Of a DNA stretch of 64,000 nucleotides, positions 9,501 through 19,607 are shown in pieces. The DNA comes from Sedimentisphaerales bacterium. GTDB lineage: Bacteria; Planctomycetota; Phycisphaerae; Sedimentisphaerales; SM23-30. Below the pieces are notes generated by a model. That model made no database searches, was not told the origin of the DNA, and saw only the letters and a program-made list of their open reading frames with translations. Position numbers and translations under genes: made by a program. Position 1 is the stretch's first letter. The number at the start of each line of letters is the position of its first letter. Location: the NCBI GenBank assembly GCA_963666285.1, contig OY762711.1, one strand, 5' to 3'.

Positions 9501-11277
9501 TTTGATTTTGAGCCAGCATTTTCAACTGTTCTCTAGCATGTTCGGCATCATTAATATTAACACCATTCCAGAAAAATGATATATCATGTTCTGTTTTAGA
9601 ATTTACTGGATCAATTCCCTGACATAACCAGAAATGTTCATCTATTTCCATATTGTTGTTATTGGGGTTCCATATCCAGTAGCAACTTTTGACTGCTTTA
9701 AGTGCAAGGTTTAAAATGTTATTTTTCTTGATGATTTCCTGTTTGATCTGATCTTGCTCTGTGGTATCCTTTATTATACAGACAACAGCATTCTGATTAA
9801 ATGATTCAAAAGGGACAGGATTGCATATTACATGAAAAGTTTTGTCCAGCTTTTTGAAAAACATCTCTGTTGTATCTTGTTCATTAATGCATTCTTTTAC
9901 AATTTTGATTATAGCATCTGCATAATCACCCCATTTTTGCTTTAGGTTAACGATATAATTATTGTTAATTTCATTAGTCAAGAGGAAGTCACCTTTTGCA
10001 TTTATTGCTCCACACCAGGTTGGAATATTTTCCCATAGAAGGGAGGTTTGTTTGTAATATCTATTATGAAGTTTGTTGACTTTCTTATATCTGAAAATGT
10101 AGGTTATAAGCATAACAATGAGGGCAAAAAACAGTACTAGAGTTACTGCTCCAGTCCAAATAGTCATCTTAACACTTTGGGATAGTTGTGGTGGTTCATT
10201 TAGGTAAATAGTATCTTGTGGGAGAGCACTTTTCTTGATTCCCCAGCGTGTTATTTGTTTATAATCAAATTTGCATTTTAAGAAACCATTACTATTTACT
10301 TCTGGTATTGTATTGTTAGAAGTATTGATGATTCTTGATGCATAATCAGTTAATTTTTCTGCTTGAGTTTCAGCGCAGGATATATAGCCTCCTAATATGC
10401 CGTAACCTATGCCAAAGTCAGTTATTCCGAATATAGGCATATTGCAGGTTTGCGATATTTCTGGATAAACATTTTCCATTTTGTAGTAATCACCCTGGCA
10501 ATCTCTTTGCCATATTCCCATAAGTACTATAGTATATTTAGGAAGGCTGCTTATTTTATCATGTAAATCCTGATAACTAATTTTGTTCCCATCCAGCCAA
10601 ATAATGTTTTTATTGAGAGCTTCAAGTGTGCGTTCAAGTTGTTTTTTGTATGTTTTTCCTGTTGTGCTATTGTCAGTAATAACAGCAATATTCAAGGTTT
10701 TTGGAAAAAGCGACAGTGCCAGCTGGATTGTTTTTTGGCTGTCAGCTATTTGTACGATTCCAGTAATGTTTTTGTGTTGTTTTATATCATCCTGATTATA
10801 ATTACTTACTCCACAGAAGATAATAGGGATATCTACGAGCTCTTCATTCATGTTGTTTATTAAGGATTGCAGAGCATTATCGTCTGTTGCTAAAATCATA
10901 TCCAGATAGTTTTCAGGATAGCTATTTAAGATATTTTTTACTTTCAGATCCCAACTCTTTTGCTCACCGATTCTTTTGCTATCAAGATTTTCAATAAATA
11001 GTTCGATTTTCCCATTTTTATCTTTCAGATCATTTTGTATTTCCTTAGTAAGAGTATCTGTCCACTGATAGCCGAAATGGTAAGAATTAATTAGAAGTAT
11101 TTTACGAAAATCTTTGACAGAATTATTATGATCGGTTGAGCTAATCTTTGCTTTTTCAAGTGAAAAAGTTTTAATATCTTGTGATATTGCTGTATACGGC
11201 ATTAGTAAGCAGAATGCCACAGCAAGTCTCATTATTGTTTTATATTTCCCCTGTATTTTAAGTTTAACCATAGACAT
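6592..11277 (-). CDS. Hybrid sensor histidine kinase (ABC-type solute-binding sensor, TM, PAS domains, HisKA, HATPase, 2 REC, Hpt)
   Basis: ILLINSYHFGYQW sensor domain, H-box SHEIRTP, GGTGLGLAI, REC DWAMP and DIQMP, Hpt AHIIKG. Confidence 0.92.
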   Translation of the reverse strand: MSMVKLKIQGKYKTIMRLAVAFCLLMPYTAISQDIKTFSLEKAKISSTDHNNSVKDFRKILLINSYHFGYQWTDTLTKEIQNDLKDKNGKIELFIENLDSKRIGEQKSWDLKVKNILNSYPENYLDMILATDDNALQSLINNMNEELVDIPIIFCGVSNYNQDDIKQHKNITGIVQIADSQKTIQLALSLFPKTLNIAVITDNSTTGKTYKKQLERTLEALNKNIIWLDGNKISYQDLHDKISSLPKYTIVLMGIWQRDCQGDYYKMENVYPEISQTCNMPIFGITDFGIGYGILGGYISCAETQAEKLTDYASRIINTSNNTIPEVNSNGFLKCKFDYKQITRWGIKKSALPQDTIYLNEPPQLSQSVKMTIWTGAVTLVLFFALIVMLITYIFRYKKVNKLHNRYYKQTSLLWENIPTWCGAINAKGDFLLTNEINNNYIVNLKQKWGDYADAIIKIVKECINEQDTTEMFFKKLDKTFHVICNPVPFESFNQNAVVCIIKDTTEQDQIKQEIIKKNNILNLALKAVKSCYWIWNPNNNNMEIDEHFWLCQGIDPVNSKTEHDISFFWNGVNINDAEHAREQLKMLAQNQISSCKYECRLSHSGEDIWFLIRANVLNRNQNGKPEQISVFMTKIDSNKRTELELKEKEKLLSISQEMAKVGYWISNPTSGILIGSPESYKIWDIPYTAEGKCNRELFRNKITDIKKWDRLLNNLHQPGDSFETTFCLDVSKNEDSDYKTIWSKVSLKIDSNQKPVYVGVSQDITEHVKMQNELKNREKYLLQAATLAKMFYWHYNVNQNNFIFTNSSAVWGENNIDGIQTVYSITERIHPEDRKECTKQLQKAISGEMPKGSLTYRSINNGVIKYITTMWEAYFESDGTLEGMIGISMDVTEAKEREKLEISKMEAEAMAKTKSRFLATMSHEIRTPINVVIGMNHLLKETQLNEIQINFIKKIEHAANSLLAIVNDVLDISKIEENKLAIEKIDFSLSEIAFNTASVMAVGAEKKDVEIHVTIDKNLPARLFGDPLRLSQILTNYMSNAIKFTDKGDITLSIKQVDRSDDSILVEFAVKDSGIGIIKENLDKLFDAYTQAEKSTARIFGGTGLGLAICKQLAELMEGSVKVNSELGEGSTFCVTLPFDIPEDAGEQASYKIPELKGKKALIIDDNHTSIEILKELVSTAGFDVTAVSSGKEGIEVLEQADSKYDLAIIDWAMPEMNGIQTVREIKQRFQDSCPKLIAVTAHNHESVMHQCLNAGYAGFIIKPIVPGEMINAIRKAFNLSALVMCVSEEEKTIPNLVGKKILIVEDQEINQEIIINILNKTNAEIDIANNGEEATIKVNAEDYHLVLMDIQMPVMDGICATKEIRKNENRQMNHLPIVAMSANAMSEDIEESLNAGMNDYITKPIIPDILYKKISDNICMTSDTAELASLIHIDAQAGISLIDGNTQLYLKMLKDFTWHCPKQAKELNSAVHEGKHQQASEVAHIIKGIAGSIGARDLMNLAAELEISLENSSEDIEQVCKKVTNEVNTLIEEIHAAFENKNIDVNSIDNTKNDIKTEK

Positions 11278-11598
11278 ATCCGCTTTTTATAATTCTGAAT
11301 AATGTTTTTTAAAGTAAGTTATTATATTTGTTACAGTTATTTTTATATTCGACTTAAAATAGGATACGAATTATAGTAATTATTTCATTTATTATTGAGT
11401 TATGAATAAAATATGTTTGTGATATTGGTGATTTTTTAAGTATATATTTTACAAGTGTTTACCGTGTGTAGGGTTGTGGGTATAAAACCAGATACATACT
11501 TTTATCACAAATAAATTTTATATACATTGCCTATTGGGTATCTAAGCATATATTATAGGACGAAAAATTTCCTTATTTTCTCAAAATTGATACCATAT

Positions 11599-11615
11599 GG
11601 TAACGAATCGGTAAC
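11599..11615 (+). promoter_or_regulatory. Candidate OmpR/PhoB-type tandem binding site GGTAAC-N5-GGTAAC
   Basis: Copies at 11599 and 11610 (11-bp period), a weaker third copy upstream, and an extended -10-like TGTTAAATT just downstream. Confidence 0.5.
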
Positions 11616-11746
11616 ATCTCTTTGTTAAATTTAACAGTGAATTAGATGAGGATATCTCAAGATCTCAGAAATTAAGAGACTGGATTATGTTTTGATATGA
11701 TTATGATATCGCTATAATATTTAACTGTTTTACAAGGAGTTATGTT

Positions 11747-13753
11747 ATGAAAAAGATCAAATTTATTATTACCTTGACACAGAGTATAATCTTATTGTCA
11801 GGTCTGGTTAATTCTCTAATCGCTGAATCTTCTTCAGAAACCCAGTTGAAGCTGCAGAAAGCATATTTTGCCGAGCGATCTGAAGGTGATCTGGATAAGG
11901 CGATTGAACTATATCAGGGTATAATTGAGCAGAATGAGGCTGATAAACAGTATGTGGCACAAGCTATGTATCAGTTAGGCTGTTGTTTGGAGAAGAAGGG
12001 GGAAACTGCGAATGCCGCTATATATTTTCAGAAGGTTGCCAGTGAGTATTCCGAAATAGCTAAGTGGAATGAGAAGGCAAAAATTAAGCTGGAAGGGTTA
12101 TCTACTCAGGAGAAGTCAATAGGAGAGTCTGTATTTGAGAATGGCGCTCCTCCAAAGAGTGTTATGCCATATTTAATGGCAGAGTCATTTAAGGCCCTGA
12201 TGGAATCATTTTCTCAGGACTTGGCTATTAATATAAAAGTAGAAATGGTTGATAATTCATTCAACAGCTATTCCGGCGGATTTTTGGCGGCAGCGGGGAG
12301 CAGTGAAGGAGTACTGGCGAGTGCACTAAAGAATTCTGGTATAATCTCATCAGAAGCAGTTGATAAATATAAATATTATTTAGCGCATTTTAATCCAGAA
12401 TGGCCGGATATGGTTGTTTATGATGCCACCGGAAACAAAATTGATACTGAATGGTTGGGTTCACCTAAAGAAGGAGCTGACTTATATTGGCTTGCAGGAA
12501 GAAAGCTGGGAGAAGATGAGAAGCATCACTTTTATTATACACATGGCAACCCAGTTGCATTATCAGAATCTAATGGCAGTGCCAGATTTATGATCCAAAA
12601 TTATTTTGGGCCTGAAGTATTGGAACTTTTCTTTTTAGTTGTACCAAATACCCTGGAAATTTCGGAAGTAAGTGAAGAGTTTGCTTCACAAAAAGTGATG
12701 GAAAATTATAATATCTATTTGTGGAAAAAGCGTAACCCAAAAAATACCAACAATATTGTTAAAATGACTATTAAAGCTGCGGTTATCGTTAGCGAAGCAG
12801 ATAAGCTCAAATCAGAAGATTTGGCCGCACAGGGATGGGAATTTTGGAAACAAAGAAAACTTTCAGAAGCAGAGGAAATATTTAAGAAAGCTGTAGACTT
12901 GAATCCGAATAATGAAAGTGGTTGGCAGGGACTTGGCTGGACTCAGCTAAATATGGGTAAAAAAGAGAATGCCGGTAAAACATTTGAAAAATGCGTTAAA
13001 TTGAATCCTGAAAATTCGGCTGCGTTGAATGGTTTGGGTTGGATAGCTAATGGTCAGGGAGATGATGATAAAGCGATAGAATGGTGGGAGAAGGCAGTAA
13101 AGGCTCAGCCGGGGGCAACTGCATCGCTAAGCGGTTTGGTTGAAACGTATGAAAGGCGAAAAGATAAAAAAAATACTTTGAAATATCTTGAAATGTGGAA
13201 TAAGGCAGAACCTGATAATAGTGATGTTAAGACAAAGCTGGAAAATCTTAAAGGTGGGAGTGAAGCAAAATCTCCATCCAAAGGCGATAAGGCTAAATCC
13301 CAGAATTTTGCGTCTCAGGGCTGGAAACTTTGGGGACAGAGAAAACTGTCGGAAGCTGAAGATACATTCAAAAAGGCAATAGAGATAGATTCTGAGAATG
13401 AAAATGGCTGGCAGGGGCTTGGCTGGACGCAGCTGAATCAGGGAAAACGGGATGAGGCAAAGCTCTCTTTTGAAAAATGTGTAGAGCTTAATCCAAAGAA
13501 TTCTGCGGCATTGAATGGGCTGGGATGGATAGCCGATGGGCAAGGTGAAGAAGATAAGGCGATAGAATGGTGGGAAAAGGCTGTTGACGCTCAGCCGGGA
13601 GCAACTGCATCACTAAGCGGGCTGGTTAATATTTATATGGAGAGAAAAGATTATGAAAAAGCAGAGAAGTATTTGAAGATGTGGCAGAAAGTTGATCCGA
13701 ATAATAACGAAGTAAAAGAGAAGCTTAATTCAATTAAGGGGCTGAAAAAATAA
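11747..13753 (+). CDS. Secreted tetratricopeptide repeat protein
   Basis: AAGGAG SD, signal peptide, N-terminal TPR hairpin (LQKAYFAERSEGDLDKAIELY), duplicated C-terminal TPR block. Confidence 0.88.
   Translation: MKKIKFIITLTQSIILLSGLVNSLIAESSSETQLKLQKAYFAERSEGDLDKAIELYQGIIEQNEADKQYVAQAMYQLGCCLEKKGETANAAIYFQKVASEYSEIAKWNEKAKIKLEGLSTQEKSIGESVFENGAPPKSVMPYLMAESFKALMESFSQDLAINIKVEMVDNSFNSYSGGFLAAAGSSEGVLASALKNSGIISSEAVDKYKYYLAHFNPEWPDMVVYDATGNKIDTEWLGSPKEGADLYWLAGRKLGEDEKHHFYYTHGNPVALSESNGSARFMIQNYFGPEVLELFFLVVPNTLEISEVSEEFASQKVMENYNIYLWKKRNPKNTNNIVKMTIKAAVIVSEADKLKSEDLAAQGWEFWKQRKLSEAEEIFKKAVDLNPNNESGWQGLGWTQLNMGKKENAGKTFEKCVKLNPENSAALNGLGWIANGQGDDDKAIEWWEKAVKAQPGATASLSGLVETYERRKDKKNTLKYLEMWNKAEPDNSDVKTKLENLKGGSEAKSPSKGDKAKSQNFASQGWKLWGQRKLSEAEDTFKKAIEIDSENENGWQGLGWTQLNQGKRDEAKLSFEKCVELNPKNSAALNGLGWIADGQGEEDKAIEWWEKAVDAQPGATASLSGLVNIYMERKDYEKAEKYLKMWQKVDPNNNEVKEKLNSIKGLKK
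12800..13741 (+). repeat. Intragenic tandem duplication, 486-bp (162-aa) period
   Basis: Copies start at ~12800 and ~13286 and share GWQGLGWTQLN, NSAALNGLGWIA, KAIEWWEKAV and AQPGATASLSGLV. Confidence 0.9.
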
Positions 13754-13813
13754 TTGCAGGTTATTATCGATCAACGAACCTATTCATTCAAATATAAGTT
13801 AAGGAAATCCAAA

Positions 13814-16800
13814 ATGAAGCTTTACATAAATATAATGTTACTATTATTTGGCCAGTTATTTATTTGCTCAAATTTGTGGGCAGAAGATATAAATAACGAG
13901 ACATCTGCGCAGTTGCTGCTGCAAAAAGCCATATTTGCCGAACGTTCCGAAGGTGATCTTGAGAAAGCAATTGAATTGTACAAAAAAGTCGCAGAAGCAG
14001 GTGATAATGTCGCCGCTTTTGCAGCGCAGGCATATTTTCAGCTGGCACAGTGCTATCAGAAAAAGGGGATGGAAAATGAGGCTATCAACTATTACAAGCT
14101 TTTGATTGGCAAATACCCCAAAGCTGAACCATGGAGTGGTAAAGCAGCAGAAAAGTTGCAGGTGCTGGTACCGCCGGTTACCAATGATAGGTCAGTAAAT
14201 ATTCCTCCGGTCTCAGAATCGGACTTCGATAATCCGGAATTTTGGGAAAAGGAATTGATGAGGACATTGGAGACTGTGCGGACAATTGAAGGTGATTTTC
14301 TCAGTAGCGAATGGCGATATGATAAAAATGGTAAGCAGGCCAGCTATAGCCAGTATGATGTCAAATTCAAATGGGACAGGGATAATCAATGGTATGATTA
14401 TTCATATAAGCGAGTAGGTGATTATTCTTATCCTGTACCGACAAGGGATGTACTTGGTCCGAAATATAAGTGGCATTTTGAAGGAAGCGGTAAATATGCA
14501 ACAAAATCTAATGCCAGTGGCAGTTTTGCTACATTGAGATACCAGTTGGTGGGTGGTGATGGCTGGTGGCCGGATGATTATATGCACATTAACTGCGTGA
14601 GTGGTTTTGTGGGTAGTGATATACTGCGGATGTTTAAGATTAATGATCAATCTCTGTTTAGGCAGTTACCATTTACCGTCGAAGAAGGAGAGAGTGGCAA
14701 AAAAATACTCAAATATAATGGGAAATGTATGGTTCCGGATGCAGGTAATGTTAATCCATGCCTGGTATTTGTTTTCGGTTGGGATAGAGGTATAAAGCTG
14801 TATGAGATCAAGCTTGAAGTTCAAGAGCTTGGTGTTGATCTTATAAGAGAAAGGTATTCCGGGCATCAATACTATAATGGTGCCTGGGTGCCGGCGAAAG
14901 TAGAGGAATATTCTTATCATAACGAAAGTGAAATGCTAAAAGGAGATTTAAAACCAATATTGGCGATAAAGAAAATCGTTTTGGTAGAGAATTTGCAGGT
15001 TAACAGGAATATGCTGGCAGGTGAGTTTGAAGATGTGGATATTCCGGTAGGGGTGAATGTTAACGATGAAGTTCTTGGGAAACGATATATTACCTGGCCG
15101 GATATGGGAAAAATCAAGGCAACCGGTGGCAAAGATCAGGTTTCCATTAGCGGCTGGGTTTATCTGGATGGTAAGCCGGTTGAAGGTGTTAAGTTGTTGA
15201 CATATAAGAAAAAAGGGCCAATGAATGATTCTGATATCAGAGTACAAGATACATCGATAAAAGACGGAAGTTTCAAGCTGGATGATCTTGTCCCAGGCTT
15301 TGAATATCGTATAACTGCTACGCTTGCCTCTGGTATTACAGCTACAGAAAAGGTTAAATTGTCTGAACTTGGCAAGGATCATATCGGATTAAAAATTAAT
15401 ATGACCAGCGGGCAGGTTGTAACAGGGCTGGTTACAGGACCGGATGGTGAGCCTATAGCAAATGCTCTGGTAAAATTCAGGGGGCATCCATTTGTAAAAG
15501 CGGATAGTGAAGGACGATATAAGATTGAAGGCATCCGGCCTAATGAGGGTTATGAGGTAGAAGCAGCTGCACAGGGTTATGCCCCGCTTGATCCGGATGG
15601 CGATACGATTGTAAGCAACTACTTTTTGCAGTTCGATGAAAAAGGAAATGTCAAACCGTTCAATATTCAGCTAGACCAGGAAGTACCTTTGTTCGGCAGG
15701 GTTATAGACCAGGATGGCAATGGTATTGAAGGTGTCAGGTTGAATGTCTGGACTGCCCCATTTGCATCGAGTGAACGCTGGCAGTGGTATGATACACATA
15801 CCGATAATAACGGTAATTTCAGGATTGGTAATCTGGGTGACAGGTGCTATACCTTTTTTGTCGGCAGATATGATAATGTATATCATAATCCATCTGAGAG
15901 CCCAATTATATTTCAGGTTACCGATGATTCATTGATGCCTGAACCTTTGCCGGGTCGTAAATTGGCAGATGCTGATATTCTCAAGGAAGCAGATGAGTTT
16001 GAAAAGCCGTTCCGCCAGTATTTCAGGCTGAAAGAACATGCCGACGCGTGTACTCATAATCGTGGTGGCAAGTATATAAGTGATCTTATCGTCAAGTTGC
16101 GAGATAAGGAAACGTGCTATGCTGCTCTTGCTGAGCTTGGCAGTGTTCATTCCTGGCAGGCATTGGGAGTTTATGAGATTATATTAACTGGTAGTAAAAT
16201 TGATCCATCAAAATATAATTCTGGGCCGGGCTTTTCTTTTGGCAGTTCGGTTGCAGGCAGTTATGAAACAGGGGAGTTGCCGAAAGAGCTGGTAAATAGT
16301 AAGGATCCGGCAGTGGTTAATCTTGCTATGCGGGCATTGGCTCGAAATGGGTTTGTGGATGTTCATGCGGATATAATGATCGATAAACTTAGCAGTGATG
16401 ATAGCTCAATATGTAATTATGCTTCTGTAGCTCTGGCAGAGATGACAGGTGAATATTATGGTACAGATGCTGTAAGATGGCATGCCTGGCTGGATAATTA
16501 TATGGCTTTTCGCAAGGAGTTTGATTATCGTGATAATCGCAAGTTATTTGCCAGCTTGTGTAAGGTTGTACGTAAGTACAAGGAGCAAGATGATTTTATC
16601 GAGCGAATTATTCCAGCGTGGAAACCGGGCAGGAAAGGGACGATAAGTTTTATGCAACAATTGATAGGTGATAATGGTTCTGAGCTTATTGAGCTGCTCT
16701 GTTCAATAGATATCGAAGATGGCGATGAACCTGCTATTCATGGTACGCATACTAATTACTGGCCGACTGATATATTTACGGGTGAATCTGCCAGTGATAA

Positions 16801-16954
16801 TGATCTTCGGGTTCGGTTTGTTAAGGAATGCAGCTATAAGGGACGTAAATATGTGCCGGGGCGGTGGTATGGTATTCCCGCGGTATTTGGTGGCGGGTTT
16901 AATGCGAAGTGGTTGATATATGATCTGAAGCTGGACTATATAGAATCGAGGTGA
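13814..16954 (+). CDS. Secreted protein: N-terminal TPR module, carboxypeptidase-regulatory-like beta-sandwich repeats, HEAT-like region
   Basis: AAGGA SD before ATG 13814, signal peptide, LQKAIFAERSEGDLEKAIELY, three 'GxVxxxDGxPIxxxxV' repeats, ALAEMTGEYYG...W HEAT-like motif. Confidence 0.82.
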   Translation: MKLYINIMLLLFGQLFICSNLWAEDINNETSAQLLLQKAIFAERSEGDLEKAIELYKKVAEAGDNVAAFAAQAYFQLAQCYQKKGMENEAINYYKLLIGKYPKAEPWSGKAAEKLQVLVPPVTNDRSVNIPPVSESDFDNPEFWEKELMRTLETVRTIEGDFLSSEWRYDKNGKQASYSQYDVKFKWDRDNQWYDYSYKRVGDYSYPVPTRDVLGPKYKWHFEGSGKYATKSNASGSFATLRYQLVGGDGWWPDDYMHINCVSGFVGSDILRMFKINDQSLFRQLPFTVEEGESGKKILKYNGKCMVPDAGNVNPCLVFVFGWDRGIKLYEIKLEVQELGVDLIRERYSGHQYYNGAWVPAKVEEYSYHNESEMLKGDLKPILAIKKIVLVENLQVNRNMLAGEFEDVDIPVGVNVNDEVLGKRYITWPDMGKIKATGGKDQVSISGWVYLDGKPVEGVKLLTYKKKGPMNDSDIRVQDTSIKDGSFKLDDLVPGFEYRITATLASGITATEKVKLSELGKDHIGLKINMTSGQVVTGLVTGPDGEPIANALVKFRGHPFVKADSEGRYKIEGIRPNEGYEVEAAAQGYAPLDPDGDTIVSNYFLQFDEKGNVKPFNIQLDQEVPLFGRVIDQDGNGIEGVRLNVWTAPFASSERWQWYDTHTDNNGNFRIGNLGDRCYTFFVGRYDNVYHNPSESPIIFQVTDDSLMPEPLPGRKLADADILKEADEFEKPFRQYFRLKEHADACTHNRGGKYISDLIVKLRDKETCYAALAELGSVHSWQALGVYEIILTGSKIDPSKYNSGPGFSFGSSVAGSYETGELPKELVNSKDPAVVNLAMRALARNGFVDVHADIMIDKLSSDDSSICNYASVALAEMTGEYYGTDAVRWHAWLDNYMAFRKEFDYRDNRKLFASLCKVVRKYKEQDDFIERIIPAWKPGRKGTISFMQQLIGDNGSELIELLCSIDIEDGDEPAIHGTHTNYWPTDIFTGESASDNDLRVRFVKECSYKGRKYVPGRWYGIPAVFGGGFNAKWLIYDLKLDYIESR

Positions 16955-17199
16955 ATTTTATGTCAGAAAATGAAAAGGCCGTTCATAAAATTATAGATAA
17001 AGTTGACAGCAATGCCGAAAGTGATAGTGGAAGTGCATTTGGTATTGTGCTGAATATAGTTGGCTGTCTGCTGTTGATATTTGGCGTGCTGGACCAAGAT
17101 ATAGGCTGGCTGGTTGTTAGCGGGATATTGATTATGGCCGGTATGATCAATTGTGCTACGGTGAAAATATGTAATGAATTGAAGAAGCTAAGGAAGTAG
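16951..17199 (+). CDS. Small membrane protein (2 TM)
   Basis: Overlaps the upstream stop; two hydrophobic segments; alternative ATG at 16960. Confidence 0.6.
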   Translation: MNFMSENEKAVHKIIDKVDSNAESDSGSAFGIVLNIVGCLLLIFGVLDQDIGWLVVSGILIMAGMINCATVKICNELKKLRK

Positions 17200-17263
17200 C
17201 CGGAAGAGGTGTTAATGTCTTACTTATGAAGTGGTTAGGCCATAGACCTTAGTGGAGGTGTTG

Positions 17264-17341
17264 ATGGCGCGACCGTTTTATAATAGTTTCGCAAACGGTA
17301 TTTCAAGCAATAATACGATGAATGCTTACAAATTCTTTTGA
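17264..17341 (+). CDS. Possible 25-aa leader ORF (MARPFYNSFANGISSNNTMNAYKFF)
   Basis: Strong GGAGGTG SD; stop lies 5 nt before the kinase ATG. Not in the ORF track. Confidence 0.25.
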   Translation: MARPFYNSFANGISSNNTMNAYKFF

Positions 17342-17346
17342 TATAT

Positions 17347-19359
17347 ATGACGTCAGAAAAGAAACAACTGAGTTTGATTTTTACATTGCTGGCGGTGCTG
17401 GTGATTGTGCCGACAGTGTGTATGCTGTGGTTTGTTGTTCGTGCTGCGCAAAATGAGCAGTTTGCAATTAAACAGCGTTTGATTGACAAATATGAGGTTG
17501 ATGTCAAGCAGTCTGTATTTCTCAATATACCGCAATTTTTTCAAACAGAGCTGGACAAAGCACATAAATTATTCAAAGAGCAGTATGATCTTGGGCGTGA
17601 TCTCTGTTACCAGGAGTTGCATAAAAATGAAAACAGATTAAGTAACTCTCTAATTGAATATATTTATGTATTTGATCGAACAGGCTGGAAAATACAGCGT
17701 GATGACAGTTTTGTCGGAGATAGTCCGGCTGTTTTTGACAAGGCTGAAGAGTTAGAGTTTCAGCAAAATAATCTTGAGGCAGCTGCAAAAGAATATGGTC
17801 GTATTGTCGAGAAATATCCCGAATATGCCGCCATAGCCTATTCAGGCATGGTGCGGTGCATGCGTAAGGCCGGCAAGCTGAAAGACGCAATTGATACTTC
17901 TCTTGCAGCATTATCACCCGAAAAAGGGATATTCAAACAAGGAGGTACTCGATATTGGCAGATGAAACTTCTACTTGCTGACATGTATTCTCAGGCCGGC
18001 AGATCAGAGCTTTCAGATTCGATTAAAGAGCTGAATAATTGTGCCTTTGATGTATTGTCGTATGGAACAAAGGCATTTATTCTGAGTAAGGCAATTGAGC
18101 TTATCGATAGCAATAATTTACAGTATGAGTTGTCAGATACGCTTGATATTGCTCAAAAAGAGAGGGCTTATGCTCAGTTCCTAATGAGTATCGAAGAGAA
18201 TTTTTCTGATGGTTATGACGGTAGCCTGGATATGAAATTGATAGATTATTCCGGTGATGATAAGCAGTACTATACATATGCCGGTCATGGCAATTATTCA
18301 TCTCATCTGATTTATTGTGTCTTAGATACGGTTAAGCTTAAGGCTTATCTTGACAAAGAGCTGTCAGCATTGACTGATGATATGATATTTGTCGACATTT
18401 TTGATTCAGAAAATCGTTTTATAGCCGGAGAAGAAGTAAAGCCTGTCGATGATTTTCTAGGGCGACAGAAATATCAAGAGACAATATTTGCACTGGACAT
18501 ACCATATTCGCCCCTGAAAAACTGGAAAATATGGTGTGCGTTCAGGCCTGGAGTATTCGGTTTCGCAGCAGCAAACTATAAAATGATTTATATCTGGACA
18601 GCCATTATGGTACTTGTTTTAGCCGGAACTGCTGCGATATATGTAGGGAGGCTTCTGCTGAATCAGGCCAGGATAAATCGATTAAAGAATGATTTTATTG
18701 CGACCGTGACACATGAACTGAAAACACCTCTCACGTCAACAAGAATGTTGGTTGACACTTTATTGGCTGATAAATATGAAGACAGTAATACGGTTAAGGA
18801 ATATTTACAAATAATAAGCAGAGAAAATGCCAGGCTCAATTCACTTATTGATAATTTTCTGACATTTAGCCGTATGGAGCGTTCCAGGCAGGTATTCGAC
18901 AAGCAGAAATTGGATATAAACGAACTGCTAAGTGAAGCTGCAGCAATATTTAATAAAAAAGAAGATAAAAAACTAATTTTTACTGTAACTAAATGTCCCG
19001 AAAGTCGTCTAATATTAGTGGACAGGCAAGCAATGCTTACCGTAATCCTGAATCTGCTTAGTAATGCCTGGAAGTATACGGAAAAAGAGCCAAAAGAGAT
19101 CGAGCTGAAGGCTTTTATAGAAAAAGAAAAAGTATGTTTTTCTGTGAAAGATAATGGCGTTGGGCTTACCGTTCGGCAGCAGAAAAAGATATTTGACAGA
19201 TTTTACAGAGTAGATGACAGTTTGTCACGCAGGACTGAGGGTACAGGCATAGGGCTTACGATAGTTAAGTTTATAGTTGATGCACATAATGGAATAATAA
19301 CAGTAACTTCAAGGCCGGGGGAGGGTACAGAGTTTATTGTTGAATTAAAGTGTGGATAG
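17347..19359 (+). CDS. Membrane sensor histidine kinase with TPR-containing periplasmic domain
   Basis: 2 TM segments, H-box THELKTPL, NLLSNAWKY, DNGVG, GTGIGLTIV; periplasmic TPR-like helices. Confidence 0.93.
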   Translation: MTSEKKQLSLIFTLLAVLVIVPTVCMLWFVVRAAQNEQFAIKQRLIDKYEVDVKQSVFLNIPQFFQTELDKAHKLFKEQYDLGRDLCYQELHKNENRLSNSLIEYIYVFDRTGWKIQRDDSFVGDSPAVFDKAEELEFQQNNLEAAAKEYGRIVEKYPEYAAIAYSGMVRCMRKAGKLKDAIDTSLAALSPEKGIFKQGGTRYWQMKLLLADMYSQAGRSELSDSIKELNNCAFDVLSYGTKAFILSKAIELIDSNNLQYELSDTLDIAQKERAYAQFLMSIEENFSDGYDGSLDMKLIDYSGDDKQYYTYAGHGNYSSHLIYCVLDTVKLKAYLDKELSALTDDMIFVDIFDSENRFIAGEEVKPVDDFLGRQKYQETIFALDIPYSPLKNWKIWCAFRPGVFGFAAANYKMIYIWTAIMVLVLAGTAAIYVGRLLLNQARINRLKNDFIATVTHELKTPLTSTRMLVDTLLADKYEDSNTVKEYLQIISRENARLNSLIDNFLTFSRMERSRQVFDKQKLDINELLSEAAAIFNKKEDKKLIFTVTKCPESRLILVDRQAMLTVILNLLSNAWKYTEKEPKEIELKAFIEKEKVCFSVKDNGVGLTVRQQKKIFDRFYRVDDSLSRRTEGTGIGLTIVKFIVDAHNGIITVTSRPGEGTEFIVELKCG

Positions 19360-19412
19360 AAATATCCATGCGTAGCACTTGTAGAATAGATTAGTTGTTG
19401 ATAGAGTAAATA

Positions 19413-19604
19413 ATGGAGTCTTTTATGTTAAAATTTGAGTTTATATGTATGTATTTGATCATAATTGCAAGTCTTTTTAATACTTTGATTTCAAGTTATG
19501 ATAATACCTCAAATGCTATTTGTTATTTTTCTACAGCTTTTCCATTTTCTGTTGTGGTTATGTATTATATTAAAGGGAGATACAAACAGGATTTTAAAGG
19601 TTAA
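19413..19604 (+). CDS. Small hydrophobic hypothetical protein
   Basis: 63-aa ORF with two hydrophobic stretches, in operon orientation. Confidence 0.35.
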   Translation: MESFMLKFEFICMYLIIIASLFNTLISSYDNTSNAICYFSTAFPFSVVVMYYIKGRYKQDFKG

Positions 19605-19607
19605 ATT

